Shown here piece after piece: positions 49,259-57,558 of a stretch of DNA of 64,000 bases (positions are counted from its first letter, which is position 1; every line of letters starts with the position of its first letter). The stretch lies in contig JAURPJ010000032.1 of NCBI GenBank assembly GCA_030835305.1, positions 29,368 to 93,367 on the forward strand. Direction: 5' to 3'. The position numbers were made by a program, and so were the translations under genes. Below the pieces are notes generated by a model. That model saw nothing but the letters and a program-made list of their open reading frames with translations, made no database searches and was not told where the DNA came from. The stretch is from Verrucomicrobiota bacterium. Lineage in GTDB: Bacteria; Verrucomicrobiota; Verrucomicrobiia; Verrucomicrobiales; Akkermansiaceae.

Positions 49259-50125
49259 CTAGGCCTCGTTGGAGAGAGTGGGAATTGGATTCTCTTTTTT
49301 CCCGAGGGCGCGCCGCATTTTATCCAGAGCAATGTTCTGCAACTGGCGGATGCGCTCCCGGGTAACGCCGAAGTCGCGGCTGATTTCCTCGAGAGTGAGG
49401 GGTTTCTTTCCGTTGAGTCCGAACCGGGCTCCGATAATTTTGGTCTCGCGCTTGTCGAGAAGGTTGAGGAGCGGGCCGAGTTCGTTGTGCATCTCCTTGG
49501 CAGTTAGCGCCTCGGAAGGGTCAACTGCCTTGGAATCGCCAAGAGTTTCGGCGTAGGTGGTCGAGCTGTCCTCTCCGACAGGTGCGTCGAGGGAGGTCGG
49601 GCGCTGGGCCGCCTGCTTGAGGAGAGCCAGCTTTTTGCGAGGAATCCCCAGTAGTTCGGTCAACTCCTCATCGGAGGGTTCGCGGCCGAGTTCCTCGGTA
49701 AGGGCGAGGGAAATCTTACGGAGCCGCGCGATCTTATCGACCATGTGGACCGGCAGACGCACGGTCTTGCTCTGGTTTGAGAGGGCACGCTTGATCGACT
49801 GTTTGATCCACCAGGCGGCATAGGTCGATAGCTTTCCGCCCTTTTCAGGGTCATATTTCTCCACTGCCTTCATCAAGCCGATGTTGCCCTCCGAGATAAG
49901 GTCGGCGAGCGGGAGGCCGTAGTTTGAATAGTCTTTCGCGATTTTAACGACAAGGCGCAGGTTGGCGCGGATCATGTGATCGCGGGCTACTTCGTCCCCG
50001 TCCTTGATGCGTTCGGCGAGTTCAACTTCCTCTTCAATGGTTAAAAGCGGGGTTTTGGCGATCTCGTTCATGTAAACACGCAAGATGCTATCGGAATCCT
50101 TGTTCATGGCCGACAAGTTTGGCAC
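49259..50125 (-). CDS. Sigma-70 family RNA polymerase sigma factor, RpoD/RpoS-like (regions 1.2 to 4.2; no region 1.1)
   Basis: RANLRLVVKIAKDYSNYGLPLADLISEGNIGLMKAVEKYDPEKGGKLSTYAAWWIKQSIKRAL. ..TLEEISRDFGVTRERIRQLQNIALDKMR. GTG start at 50125 or ATG at 50107. Confidence 0.9.
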   Translation of the reverse strand: MPNLSAMNKDSDSILRVYMNEIAKTPLLTIEEEVELAERIKDGDEVARDHMIRANLRLVVKIAKDYSNYGLPLADLISEGNIGLMKAVEKYDPEKGGKLSTYAAWWIKQSIKRALSNQSKTVRLPVHMVDKIARLRKISLALTEELGREPSDEELTELLGIPRKKLALLKQAAQRPTSLDAPVGEDSSTTYAETLGDSKAVDPSEALTAKEMHNELGPLLNLLDKRETKIIGARFGLNGKKPLTLEEISRDFGVTRERIRQLQNIALDKMRRALGKKENPIPTLSNEA

Positions 50126-50192
50126 ATAATCCAGAGTTGACTAGGAGTTAGATTAATTTTTGGGCGATTTCTCAGTTATCGGAGATCTAAGT

Positions 50193-50224
50193 AAAATAAA
50201 ACCGCCGAGTCATAAACCCGACGG
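50193..50224 (-). terminator. Rho-independent terminator after the small basic ORF
   Basis: The minus strand reads CCGTCGGG-TTTATGA-CTCGGCGG followed by TTTTATTTT. Confidence 0.6.
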
Positions 50225-50287
50225 TGCAAATGGCAGAAGTGTGCGGTCTGCCGGACCGGATCATGCAAGTCGCACGGGGAAAGATCC

Positions 50288-50392
50288 CTAGGACTTGTAG
50301 CGGAGGCGCTTCTTGTGGCGATTGGCCTTCATGCGCTTTCGGCGCTTGTGCTTGCTGATCTTGGTCTTCCGACGCTTCTTAAGGTTGCCCAT
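50288..50392 (-). CDS. 34-aa hyperbasic peptide, bS22 / AURKAIP1-COX24-like (not in the ORF track)
   Basis: My translation from ATG 50392 to TAG 50288: MGNLKKRRKTKISKHKRRKRMKANRHKKRLRYKS (19 of 34 residues are K/R). Its own terminator lies downstream. Confidence 0.6.
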   Translation of the reverse strand: MGNLKKRRKTKISKHKRRKRMKANRHKKRLRYKS

Positions 50393-50459
50393 GGTTTTTG
50401 TAGTTGGATTAAGTTCTGCGGATTTTTGAAACCGCAATTCCGTTAAATTTTTGTTTGTT

Positions 50460-51374
50460 TCAGGAAACGATCTTGTTGAGAGGATATTCGATAATGCCTT
50501 CAGCGCCCAGATCTTTCAAATCTGGGATGATATGACGCGCCACCTTCTCGCAGATGATAGTCTCGAGTGCAAGCCAACCATCTTCGGTGAGCTTTGCCAC
50601 GGTGGGGCGGCGCAGGGAAGGGAGCCGCTCGAGGACTGCATCGAGCGATGCCTCGGGCAGGTTGAGCTTGAGACCAACTTTATCGCGGGCTTCAAGCGCT
50701 CCCTTGAGCATCATTACCATGCGCTCCATCTTGCCGCGCTTCCATTCATCGTCGAAGGCTTTCTTACTGGAGTAGAAGTGAGGGAAGGAGGAGAGAAGTT
50801 CGTCAACAATGCGGAGTTTGTTGGCACGGAGGGAAGATCCGGTCTCGGTGACATCCACGATGGCATCGACTAGGTCGGGGACTTTGACTTCGGTCGCTCC
50901 CCAGGAAAATTCGACGCTGGCATTCACTCCTTTTTCGGCGAGGTAGCGCTTGGTGATATCGATCCCCTCGGTCGCGATGTGCTTGCCTTCAAGGTCTTGC
51001 ACCGTTTTGATGGGAGAGTCTTCAGGCACAACCAGAACCCAGCGGGTGGGGCGTGTGGATGCGCGTGAGTAGGGCAGTTCGGCGAGATCGACGAGATCGA
51101 CGTCGTGACCGTAGGCCCAGTCGAGGCCGGTGATCCCGCAGTCGATGAATCCCTGATCAATATAGCGTGCGATTTCCTGGGCCCGGATCATGTAGATATC
51201 CAGAGAATTATCGTCTGAAGAAGGCCGGAGGCCCCGATCCGAGATATAAATATTATAGCCGGCCTTCTCGAGGAGATCGAGGGTCGGTTTCTGCAGACTT
51301 CCTTTTGGAAGCGCTATTTTGAGTGAGTTGGACACGCGGGGCGGAGGTTTTAGCGACGAATCCCAAGGAAGCAA
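50460..51374 (-). CDS. hisG: ATP phosphoribosyltransferase, long form
   Basis: LKIALPKGSLQKPTLDLLEKAGY.. plus a C-terminal regulatory domain. The track start is TTG 51374. GTG 51335 (VSNSLKIALPKG) may be the true start. Confidence 0.85.
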   Translation of the reverse strand: MLPWDSSLKPPPRVSNSLKIALPKGSLQKPTLDLLEKAGYNIYISDRGLRPSSDDNSLDIYMIRAQEIARYIDQGFIDCGITGLDWAYGHDVDLVDLAELPYSRASTRPTRWVLVVPEDSPIKTVQDLEGKHIATEGIDITKRYLAEKGVNASVEFSWGATEVKVPDLVDAIVDVTETGSSLRANKLRIVDELLSSFPHFYSSKKAFDDEWKRGKMERMVMMLKGALEARDKVGLKLNLPEASLDAVLERLPSLRRPTVAKLTEDGWLALETIICEKVARHIIPDLKDLGAEGIIEYPLNKIVS

Positions 51375-51596
51375 GTATTTTGCGCGATTCCGCCATTTCC
51401 TTTCACTCCTTAGTGCTTTTCGCGTTGTCGTTGGTCAAATCACCAAGGACGCCGTTTGAGGCTGGTGGTTCGGAGGGACCCATGGCTGGGTGGCGCTGCT
51501 TCGTCCCAGGAGGACAAATGATCCCGATGAACTGGGGTTCCTCTTTTCTGGTGCACGAAGCAAGAGTAACAGCAAGTACTCCGAGGAGGACGTCGA

Positions 51597-52862
51597 TCAG
51601 AGAGTTGCCTCGCCGTAATAGGGCTGGAGTGCTTTGGGGATGTGAATAGTTCCATCAGCATCTTGGCATTGCTCTAGGACGGCTACGAGAAGGCGCGGCA
51701 GGGCAGTGCCGGAGCCATTTAAAGTGTGGCAGAAAATGTTTTTTCCCTTGGCATCCTTGTAGCGGAGCTTCATGCGGCGTGCCTGGTAATCTCCGAAGCA
51801 CGAGCAGCTGGAGACTTCGAGATACTTGCCCTGGCCGGGTGCCCAGATCTCGATATCATAGGTTTTGCAAGAGCTGAAGCCGACGTCGCCGGTGCAGAGC
51901 TCGATCACCTGATAATGCAGGCCTAGCTTTTGAAGAGCGGTTTCGGCGTGGCCGGTGAGTTCTTCAAGAACAGCCATTGAGGTGGCGGGATCGACAATTT
52001 GGACGAGCTCGACCTTGTCGAACTGGTGCATGCGAATGATACCGCGATTGTCACGACCCGCGCTGCCTGCTTCGCGGCGGAAGCAAGGAGTATGGGCGGT
52101 CATTTTGATGGGGAGCTCGCTTTCGGCGAGGAGGGTGTCGCGATAGAGATTGGTGACAGGAACCTCGGCGGTTGGCGCGAGGAAAAACTCGTTGTTTTCC
52201 GTGCCATACATGTCGTCCTCGAACTTGGGGAGCTGGCCGGTTCCCTCCATGCATTCGCGCTTGATGATGTGGGGAACGTTGACCTCTTCATAGCCGTTTT
52301 CACGGCTTTGAAGATCGAGGAGGAATTGGATGAGGGCACGTTGGAGCCGGGCCCCCTTGCCACGATAAACTGCGAAGCCGGAGCCCGACAGACGTGCCCC
52401 ATCGTCGAAGCTAATGATGCCTTTTTCTTCAGCCAGATCGAGGTGATCGCGGGCCTCGGCAAGGGCCGGTTTTTCTCCCCAGCTTCGGATGATTGGGTTG
52501 GCATCCTCGTCAGCACCAACCGGACAATCTTCGTGTGGAAGATTCGGGATGTTAAGAAGAAGTTCGTTTTGGCGCTTGGCGGCCTTACTTCCTTCGTCGT
52601 CGAGAGCCTTGATTTGTTCGCCGATCTTTTTGACCTCGGCTTCGATGCCAGAGGAATCTTCGCCATTGGCGCGGAGTTTTCCAATTTCCTTGGAGGTTGC
52701 TTTGCGCTCGGACTGAAGGACCTGCTTGGCCGTTTCGTTTTTGCGGCGGGTTTCGTCGCAAGCGAGGACTTCGTCGATAAGATCTGCTGAGCCATCGTGA
52801 CGATTGGCGAGGCGTTCTTTGACGAGTTCAGGATTTTCGCGGATGACTTTGATGTCGAGCAT
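51597..52862 (-). CDS. serS: Seryl-tRNA synthetase
   Basis: Start moved to ATG 52862 (MLDIKVIRENPELVKERL). Coiled-coil arm. Class II motifs (FRREAGSAGRDNRGIIRMHQFDKVE; TLNGSGTALPRLLVAVLE). Confidence 0.9.
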   Translation of the reverse strand: MLDIKVIRENPELVKERLANRHDGSADLIDEVLACDETRRKNETAKQVLQSERKATSKEIGKLRANGEDSSGIEAEVKKIGEQIKALDDEGSKAAKRQNELLLNIPNLPHEDCPVGADEDANPIIRSWGEKPALAEARDHLDLAEEKGIISFDDGARLSGSGFAVYRGKGARLQRALIQFLLDLQSRENGYEEVNVPHIIKRECMEGTGQLPKFEDDMYGTENNEFFLAPTAEVPVTNLYRDTLLAESELPIKMTAHTPCFRREAGSAGRDNRGIIRMHQFDKVELVQIVDPATSMAVLEELTGHAETALQKLGLHYQVIELCTGDVGFSSCKTYDIEIWAPGQGKYLEVSSCSCFGDYQARRMKLRYKDAKGKNIFCHTLNGSGTALPRLLVAVLEQCQDADGTIHIPKALQPYYGEATL

Positions 52863-53145
52863 GGTGAGGGATTGGATGTTTCGTGAATTCGCAAGGCGCT
52901 TACTCGATTTCCGCGAGTCTGGCAAAGGTAGATTCAACCCGCCTGACCGCCGAGGCATTTATTCCCAGTGTTGTTCGACGTAATTGCCTGAGGGAGAATA
53001 CCAAACGGAAATCTCATTTCGCTCAAACCGGCCAAAGCCCCAATTCATGGTCGCAAATGGAGCGATGAGCGGCTCAAGCAGGAAAAGGGAGATGGCGGAG
53101 TAAAGAGCGAATATTTCCTGTTGCGACCCCCCCCGCACCATGGGT

Positions 53146-53436
53146 CTAGGTTCCCCACGTGACGAAGTCTTCCCGGGAGGATACCGGCAGACTCATGGTG
53201 AGATGCGAGAGTTCGTCGGGCCTCTCTTTGAAAGCCGGGATGTTTTTTATGGGCATCGGCTTTGGGAAGTTCGTCGAGGACCAGGGTTTTCCCAACTTTC
53301 GGTGCACCTCTGTCCGCGTGTGAGATGGTTTGAGATGCGGTCTGTATTTCTCAGTTGCCGCGATATGGACAGTGCAGGAAGGGAGTGAGGAGGCGAGCAC
53401 ACGGGTGGAGATGAGTAAGATAATCGGGCGGGACAT
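53146..53436 (-). CDS. Hypothetical small lipoprotein, possibly truncated or frameshifted
   Basis: MSRPIILLISTRVLASSLPSC lipobox-like. HLKPSHTRTEVHRKLGKP resembles a BamE/SmpA-like motif. A second ORF (52959..53141) follows in another frame. Confidence 0.3.
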   Translation of the reverse strand: MSRPIILLISTRVLASSLPSCTVHIAATEKYRPHLKPSHTRTEVHRKLGKPWSSTNFPKPMPIKNIPAFKERPDELSHLTMSLPVSSREDFVTWGT

Positions 53437-53586
53437 ATTCCTTATGTAGCCAACTTTGGCGCCATTTCGTAAATCGATACTTTCAAATTGTGCATCGCAA
53501 AAACAGATGGTTCGCCCCTGGGAGAAAAGGGATCGCCTCTAAACCCCATACTTAAACTACTGATATTTCTGGATAATGATGACGGG

Positions 53587-54978
53587 TCAGGCGATGATCT
53601 TGTCTATCAGCTTTCCAGTGCGGTCTTGTGGGCCGAGTTTGGCTTTGGTGCCGGTGGTGCGGGCCATGGTGTTATAAACATCAAGGCCCTCGGCATTGAC
53701 GTCGACAATTTGGCCGGTTTTGAGGCGGCCGTTGGCTCCGGTGCAGGCGTGGAAGACGCCGGATAGTTCGCGTTTGGTGTCGTTATGACGACCATCACCT
53801 GATTCCGTGGAGACGGTGATCATGGCGTTTTCGAGAATGGTTTTGCCATTCGCTTCACGGGTCTCTTCCGTTGAAAGGAGAGAGAGGAAGTGAGCGACTT
53901 CGCGCATCTTCATGTGAGCGTGGGCGCGGAGCTGTTCGTTCTTCTTTTTCTCGTTGAATTTATGCCACCACTCGTGGGAACAACCTTTGTCGCCGGAAGC
54001 CCGAAGCTGGGCGGAGTCGTCGAAGGTGAAGCGCTTTTCGCCGTTGTAAATGTAGTCACCTTTGATGCGGAGTCGTTCGCCGGCGGCGAGGAAGGTCAGG
54101 GAACCGAAGCGGGCACGATCGGTCTGGATGGCGAGGGCGTAGAGCCCGGACATGAGGCGCCATTCGCGGACGAGGTCATCGAGTGGCATGTCGAGGCCCT
54201 GGCCGCCGGGGTCGGCTTTGCCTCCGTGGGGAAGTTGTGAGGATTCGGGGCGAGGTGGGGCGTCTTTGTCGACTTCGAACTGGAAGGCGCGTTGTTCGTA
54301 TTCGCGGATGCGGTCGAGGTGGTTTTTAAATCGATCTTTGGAGGCGGAGCCGAGAGGGGAGTTTTTGCCGGAGTAGTGCCGGTATTGTTCGAGAACGGAA
54401 TCGAGAACGCTTCGTTGAAGCCGTTCGTCAAGGTCGTCATTACCCTGGATTTTGCCGAAGACTCGGGTGAAGAGGTCGATGGGTCTTTCCTGCATCGCGG
54501 CGGCGACGGTGCCGTTGGCGTGGTAGGAATGGACGTAGCGGGAGATGCGGCTTCGCCGGAAAAAGGTTCCGGCGACGAGGGTGGGAACCACGCCATTGGG
54601 TTGGCCTTTCGGGTAGTGGGCCTGACGAAGGAGTTGGTCAAGGGAAGCACCACCGGCGCGCGCTTCTCCATTCGGGGCGGTGGCGGTGAAGGCGGCGGAT
54701 GAGCCGTCGAAGTGGGCGTTGATGCCGGATTGGTCGGCGCGGACGTGATCGACTCCTCGCATGACGAGGAGTTTGTCGGCGAGTGGCTTGAGGGGTTCCA
54801 TGACGCCATCGAATCCTTCCAGCTGAAGAGGCGAGGGAATGCCGAGACCAAAGAAAAGGTTGAAGGCGCGCATCGGAATGGCGGCATCTGCGCTCCTGGT
54901 GGCGGCTGACATTTCTTCGAGGAATGGAAGTCCGATGGTGGTTCCGGCAAGGGAGCGAAGGAGGGTACGGCGGTTCAT
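53587..54978 (-). CDS. DUF1552 protein
   Basis: Start moved to ATG 54978 (MNRRTLLRSLAGTTIGLPFLEEM, the typical DUF1552 N-terminus). 20 nt downstream of its DUF1592-type partner. Confidence 0.8.
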   Translation of the reverse strand: MNRRTLLRSLAGTTIGLPFLEEMSAATRSADAAIPMRAFNLFFGLGIPSPLQLEGFDGVMEPLKPLADKLLVMRGVDHVRADQSGINAHFDGSSAAFTATAPNGEARAGGASLDQLLRQAHYPKGQPNGVVPTLVAGTFFRRSRISRYVHSYHANGTVAAAMQERPIDLFTRVFGKIQGNDDLDERLQRSVLDSVLEQYRHYSGKNSPLGSASKDRFKNHLDRIREYEQRAFQFEVDKDAPPRPESSQLPHGGKADPGGQGLDMPLDDLVREWRLMSGLYALAIQTDRARFGSLTFLAAGERLRIKGDYIYNGEKRFTFDDSAQLRASGDKGCSHEWWHKFNEKKKNEQLRAHAHMKMREVAHFLSLLSTEETREANGKTILENAMITVSTESGDGRHNDTKRELSGVFHACTGANGRLKTGQIVDVNAEGLDVYNTMARTTGTKAKLGPQDRTGKLIDKIIA

Positions 54979-54998
54979 GGGAAGGAAGGGTGGCAATT

Positions 54999-57509
54999 TT
55001 ACTCGGTGACGAGAGGGGAGGTGGCGAGATGGAGAATGACGTTTTGGTAGGATTGATTTTCGCGGACTTGCGAAAAAATGGAATCAAGGTGAGGTCGATC
55101 AGTTGTAGCGATGGGGCGGCCTAATGAAAATTGCGCGAACTTCCAGATGATATTCTGACGCACGCGGGGGCTTTTGGCGAGCAGATCCATGAGTTCGCGC
55201 GAGGTCTTGTATTTGACTGTTTGGGCAGTTCCGGGAATGAGGATTTTGCCATCTTGGCGGAGTTCATTTTTGAAATGGTCGAGAGTTGTATAGCGGGCGA
55301 GTCCGTCATATTGCTCAAGGCCGAAGGCGAGAGGTTCGAACTTGGCGTGGCATCCGCCGCATGATTGATCGAGCATCCGGCGCTCGGCGATTTTTCGCTG
55401 GGAAAGCCCGGGTGCGGATGGGACGGGTGTGGTGTCGACTCCAGGCGGCGGGTCTTTGACCGAGCCTCGAAGAAGCTCGTGCAGTACAAAGAGGCCTCGG
55501 GTGACCATGGAGGCTTCGTCGCCTCCGATGGTGAGGAGGCTGCCCTGGGTGAGAAGTCCGCCACGTGGAGTACTGCTTAAGTCGTACTTGGTGAATGGAT
55601 CGGACTTGGGTTTGAGTCCGTAGTGTTTTGCGAGATCAGGGGTAAGGAAGGTGACGCGGGCGTTGAGGAGGTCGCCGAGGGGACGCTTCTCCTCCCAGAG
55701 GAGGTGTTTGGCAAAGGCGAGGGTTTCACGCCGCATGTCTTCTGCGAGTTCGGGGTTCCACTCGGGAAATTCTGTTCGATTGGGCTGAAGATTTTTGAGG
55801 TGATCGAGATTGAGCCATTCCGAAATGAAGGTCTGCGATTGGGCGACGGCAAGGGGGTCATTCAGCAACCTGATCACTTGTTTGCGAAGTTGCCCGGGAT
55901 TGTGGAGTGAGTGATTTTTGGCGGCGTCAAAAAGTTCCTGATCAGGTGGTCCGCCCCAGACGAGGTAACTCAGGCGTGAGGCAAGTTCGTAGGAGTCGGG
56001 TGAGCCCTCTCCCTCGATACGGTAGAGAAAGCGGGGGGACTGGAGCATGCCGCGAAGCACATAGGCAAAGGCTGAATCAAAATCACCACCGGATGCTCCA
56101 ACGCTGGTGACGATGCCCTGGAAGAGATCAATTTCACGGCCGGAAAGCGGACCGCGGAGCAGCCAGGTGCCGACCGACTGGAGGTGGGGGCGGATCGTAT
56201 TTTGAATCGTTTTGCGATTGCCTGAGAAGCGGCGGGCGAACTTTGGGACGTCGAGTTTTGCGACGATGAGGTTGGCGAGTTTGGCATGGGCTTCGACGTG
56301 CTTGAGGTCGACGCCGAGGTTGTAGGCAGTGTTGCTGAATCCGTCGGTGCGGATGTCTGCCGGCAGGAGTTCGCGAGCCTCCTTTTCGATGTCGACGCCG
56401 GTGGCGGCCTTGACGGTGGCGATATATTCCGAAGTGGAGAGGCGACGCGGGAACTTTTTTGGGTTGGTGATGAGAAGATGGGCGGCAGGGTCAAGATGTT
56501 CGCTGCTCCAGATCGCGCCGGTTTCGATCCACTCACGGAGGTGTGCTTTCTCCTCGGCAGAAAGAGGGGCGCGTTTTTCAGGCATCTCATCTGATTCGAC
56601 GGATTCCCAGACGACGCTCTTTTTGAGGTGTCCGGCGGAGATGATCTTCGGATCCAGAAACGCGGTGCTTTTATGGGAAAGGTCAAGATCGCCCTCGGCC
56701 GTGGTGGAGTCGTGACATTCCAGACAGTGTTTGGCCATGATTGGCTCGATGTGATTGATAAACAGAGTCCGGCTCCGGTCGGCGGGAGATTCGGGTATGG
56801 GAGGGGCGAGGCCATTTTGGAAAAGCTTGGCGATGTCGGTTGGTGAAAGGGCATCGGCGTAAATGGCAACCTGGTGGAAGGTCCCCAGCCAGGGGCGGTC
56901 ATTTGATAGTTCATTTCCAAGAGCGATGCGGTAGCCGCCATCCCAATTTACCGGCGATCCGGAGAAATTCCGTTGTCCGCTTTGACGCCCGTTGATGAAC
57001 GTTGTGCCCGTGCCGTTCTTTGATCTTGTGAAGACGACATGAGTTTGTTTCGTGAGGACTTTTCCCGAGGAAAGTGAGGGGGTTCCGTTTGTCCCGATTC
57101 TGTCGGTGCGAAAGCGGGCGTCGAAGGTGCTATTGTCCTGACCAAGAGTGGCGTTGCGATTTGAGGAGTCGCGCGAGATGGTGACGATTCTTGCAGGACC
57201 GGATTGAGAAAGATTGGCCGGAGTAATCCAGACGCTGATGGTGATTTCGCCTGATTTTTTGACAGCGTTGATGAGCTTGGTGGGGGGAGTCTTGGAGGCG
57301 AGAAAAGTGGGGCGGAGGAGGGTGAGGGATCCGGATTCGCGCTTCAGCGATTTTTGATCCGGGATTTCAAGGTGGGCAGGTGGATTGACGCCGGAGGAAT
57401 CGATGATTTGCGAGCTGCTATCTTCATTGAATTGGTAGAGGACGACCGGATCAGGACCGGCAAATGCGGAGGTAACGAAAAGAGGGATTAACAACAGTGA
57501 CCGGACCAT
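54999..57509 (-). CDS. LamG-like + PSCyt + DUF1592/DUF1588-type (PSD) protein
   Basis: Start moved to ATG 57509 (MVRSLLLIPLFVTSAFA). LamG tail WLGTFHQVAIYADALSPTDIAKLF. Heme motif AKHCLECHD. SCGGCHAKFEPLAFGLE. Confidence 0.8.
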   Translation of the reverse strand: MVRSLLLIPLFVTSAFAGPDPVVLYQFNEDSSSQIIDSSGVNPPAHLEIPDQKSLKRESGSLTLLRPTFLASKTPPTKLINAVKKSGEITISVWITPANLSQSGPARIVTISRDSSNRNATLGQDNSTFDARFRTDRIGTNGTPSLSSGKVLTKQTHVVFTRSKNGTGTTFINGRQSGQRNFSGSPVNWDGGYRIALGNELSNDRPWLGTFHQVAIYADALSPTDIAKLFQNGLAPPIPESPADRSRTLFINHIEPIMAKHCLECHDSTTAEGDLDLSHKSTAFLDPKIISAGHLKKSVVWESVESDEMPEKRAPLSAEEKAHLREWIETGAIWSSEHLDPAAHLLITNPKKFPRRLSTSEYIATVKAATGVDIEKEARELLPADIRTDGFSNTAYNLGVDLKHVEAHAKLANLIVAKLDVPKFARRFSGNRKTIQNTIRPHLQSVGTWLLRGPLSGREIDLFQGIVTSVGASGGDFDSAFAYVLRGMLQSPRFLYRIEGEGSPDSYELASRLSYLVWGGPPDQELFDAAKNHSLHNPGQLRKQVIRLLNDPLAVAQSQTFISEWLNLDHLKNLQPNRTEFPEWNPELAEDMRRETLAFAKHLLWEEKRPLGDLLNARVTFLTPDLAKHYGLKPKSDPFTKYDLSSTPRGGLLTQGSLLTIGGDEASMVTRGLFVLHELLRGSVKDPPPGVDTTPVPSAPGLSQRKIAERRMLDQSCGGCHAKFEPLAFGLEQYDGLARYTTLDHFKNELRQDGKILIPGTAQTVKYKTSRELMDLLAKSPRVRQNIIWKFAQFSLGRPIATTDRPHLDSIFSQVRENQSYQNVILHLATSPLVTE

Positions 57510-57558
57510 CGGTATTGAAACGGTGGTTGCGGGGATGGACTTACAGCTCTGCGAAGAT

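Noticed and set aside
51440-51600. A lipoprotein-looking minus-strand frame (..LLRRGNSLIDVLLGVLAVTLASCTRKEEP..) between serS and hisG.
   Set aside because: No ATG/GTG/TTG start lies upstream of the signal-like segment in that frame (the frame opens after a TGA inside serS). It would encode only about 60 residues. It is probably a coincidence, though a decayed gene cannot be excluded.
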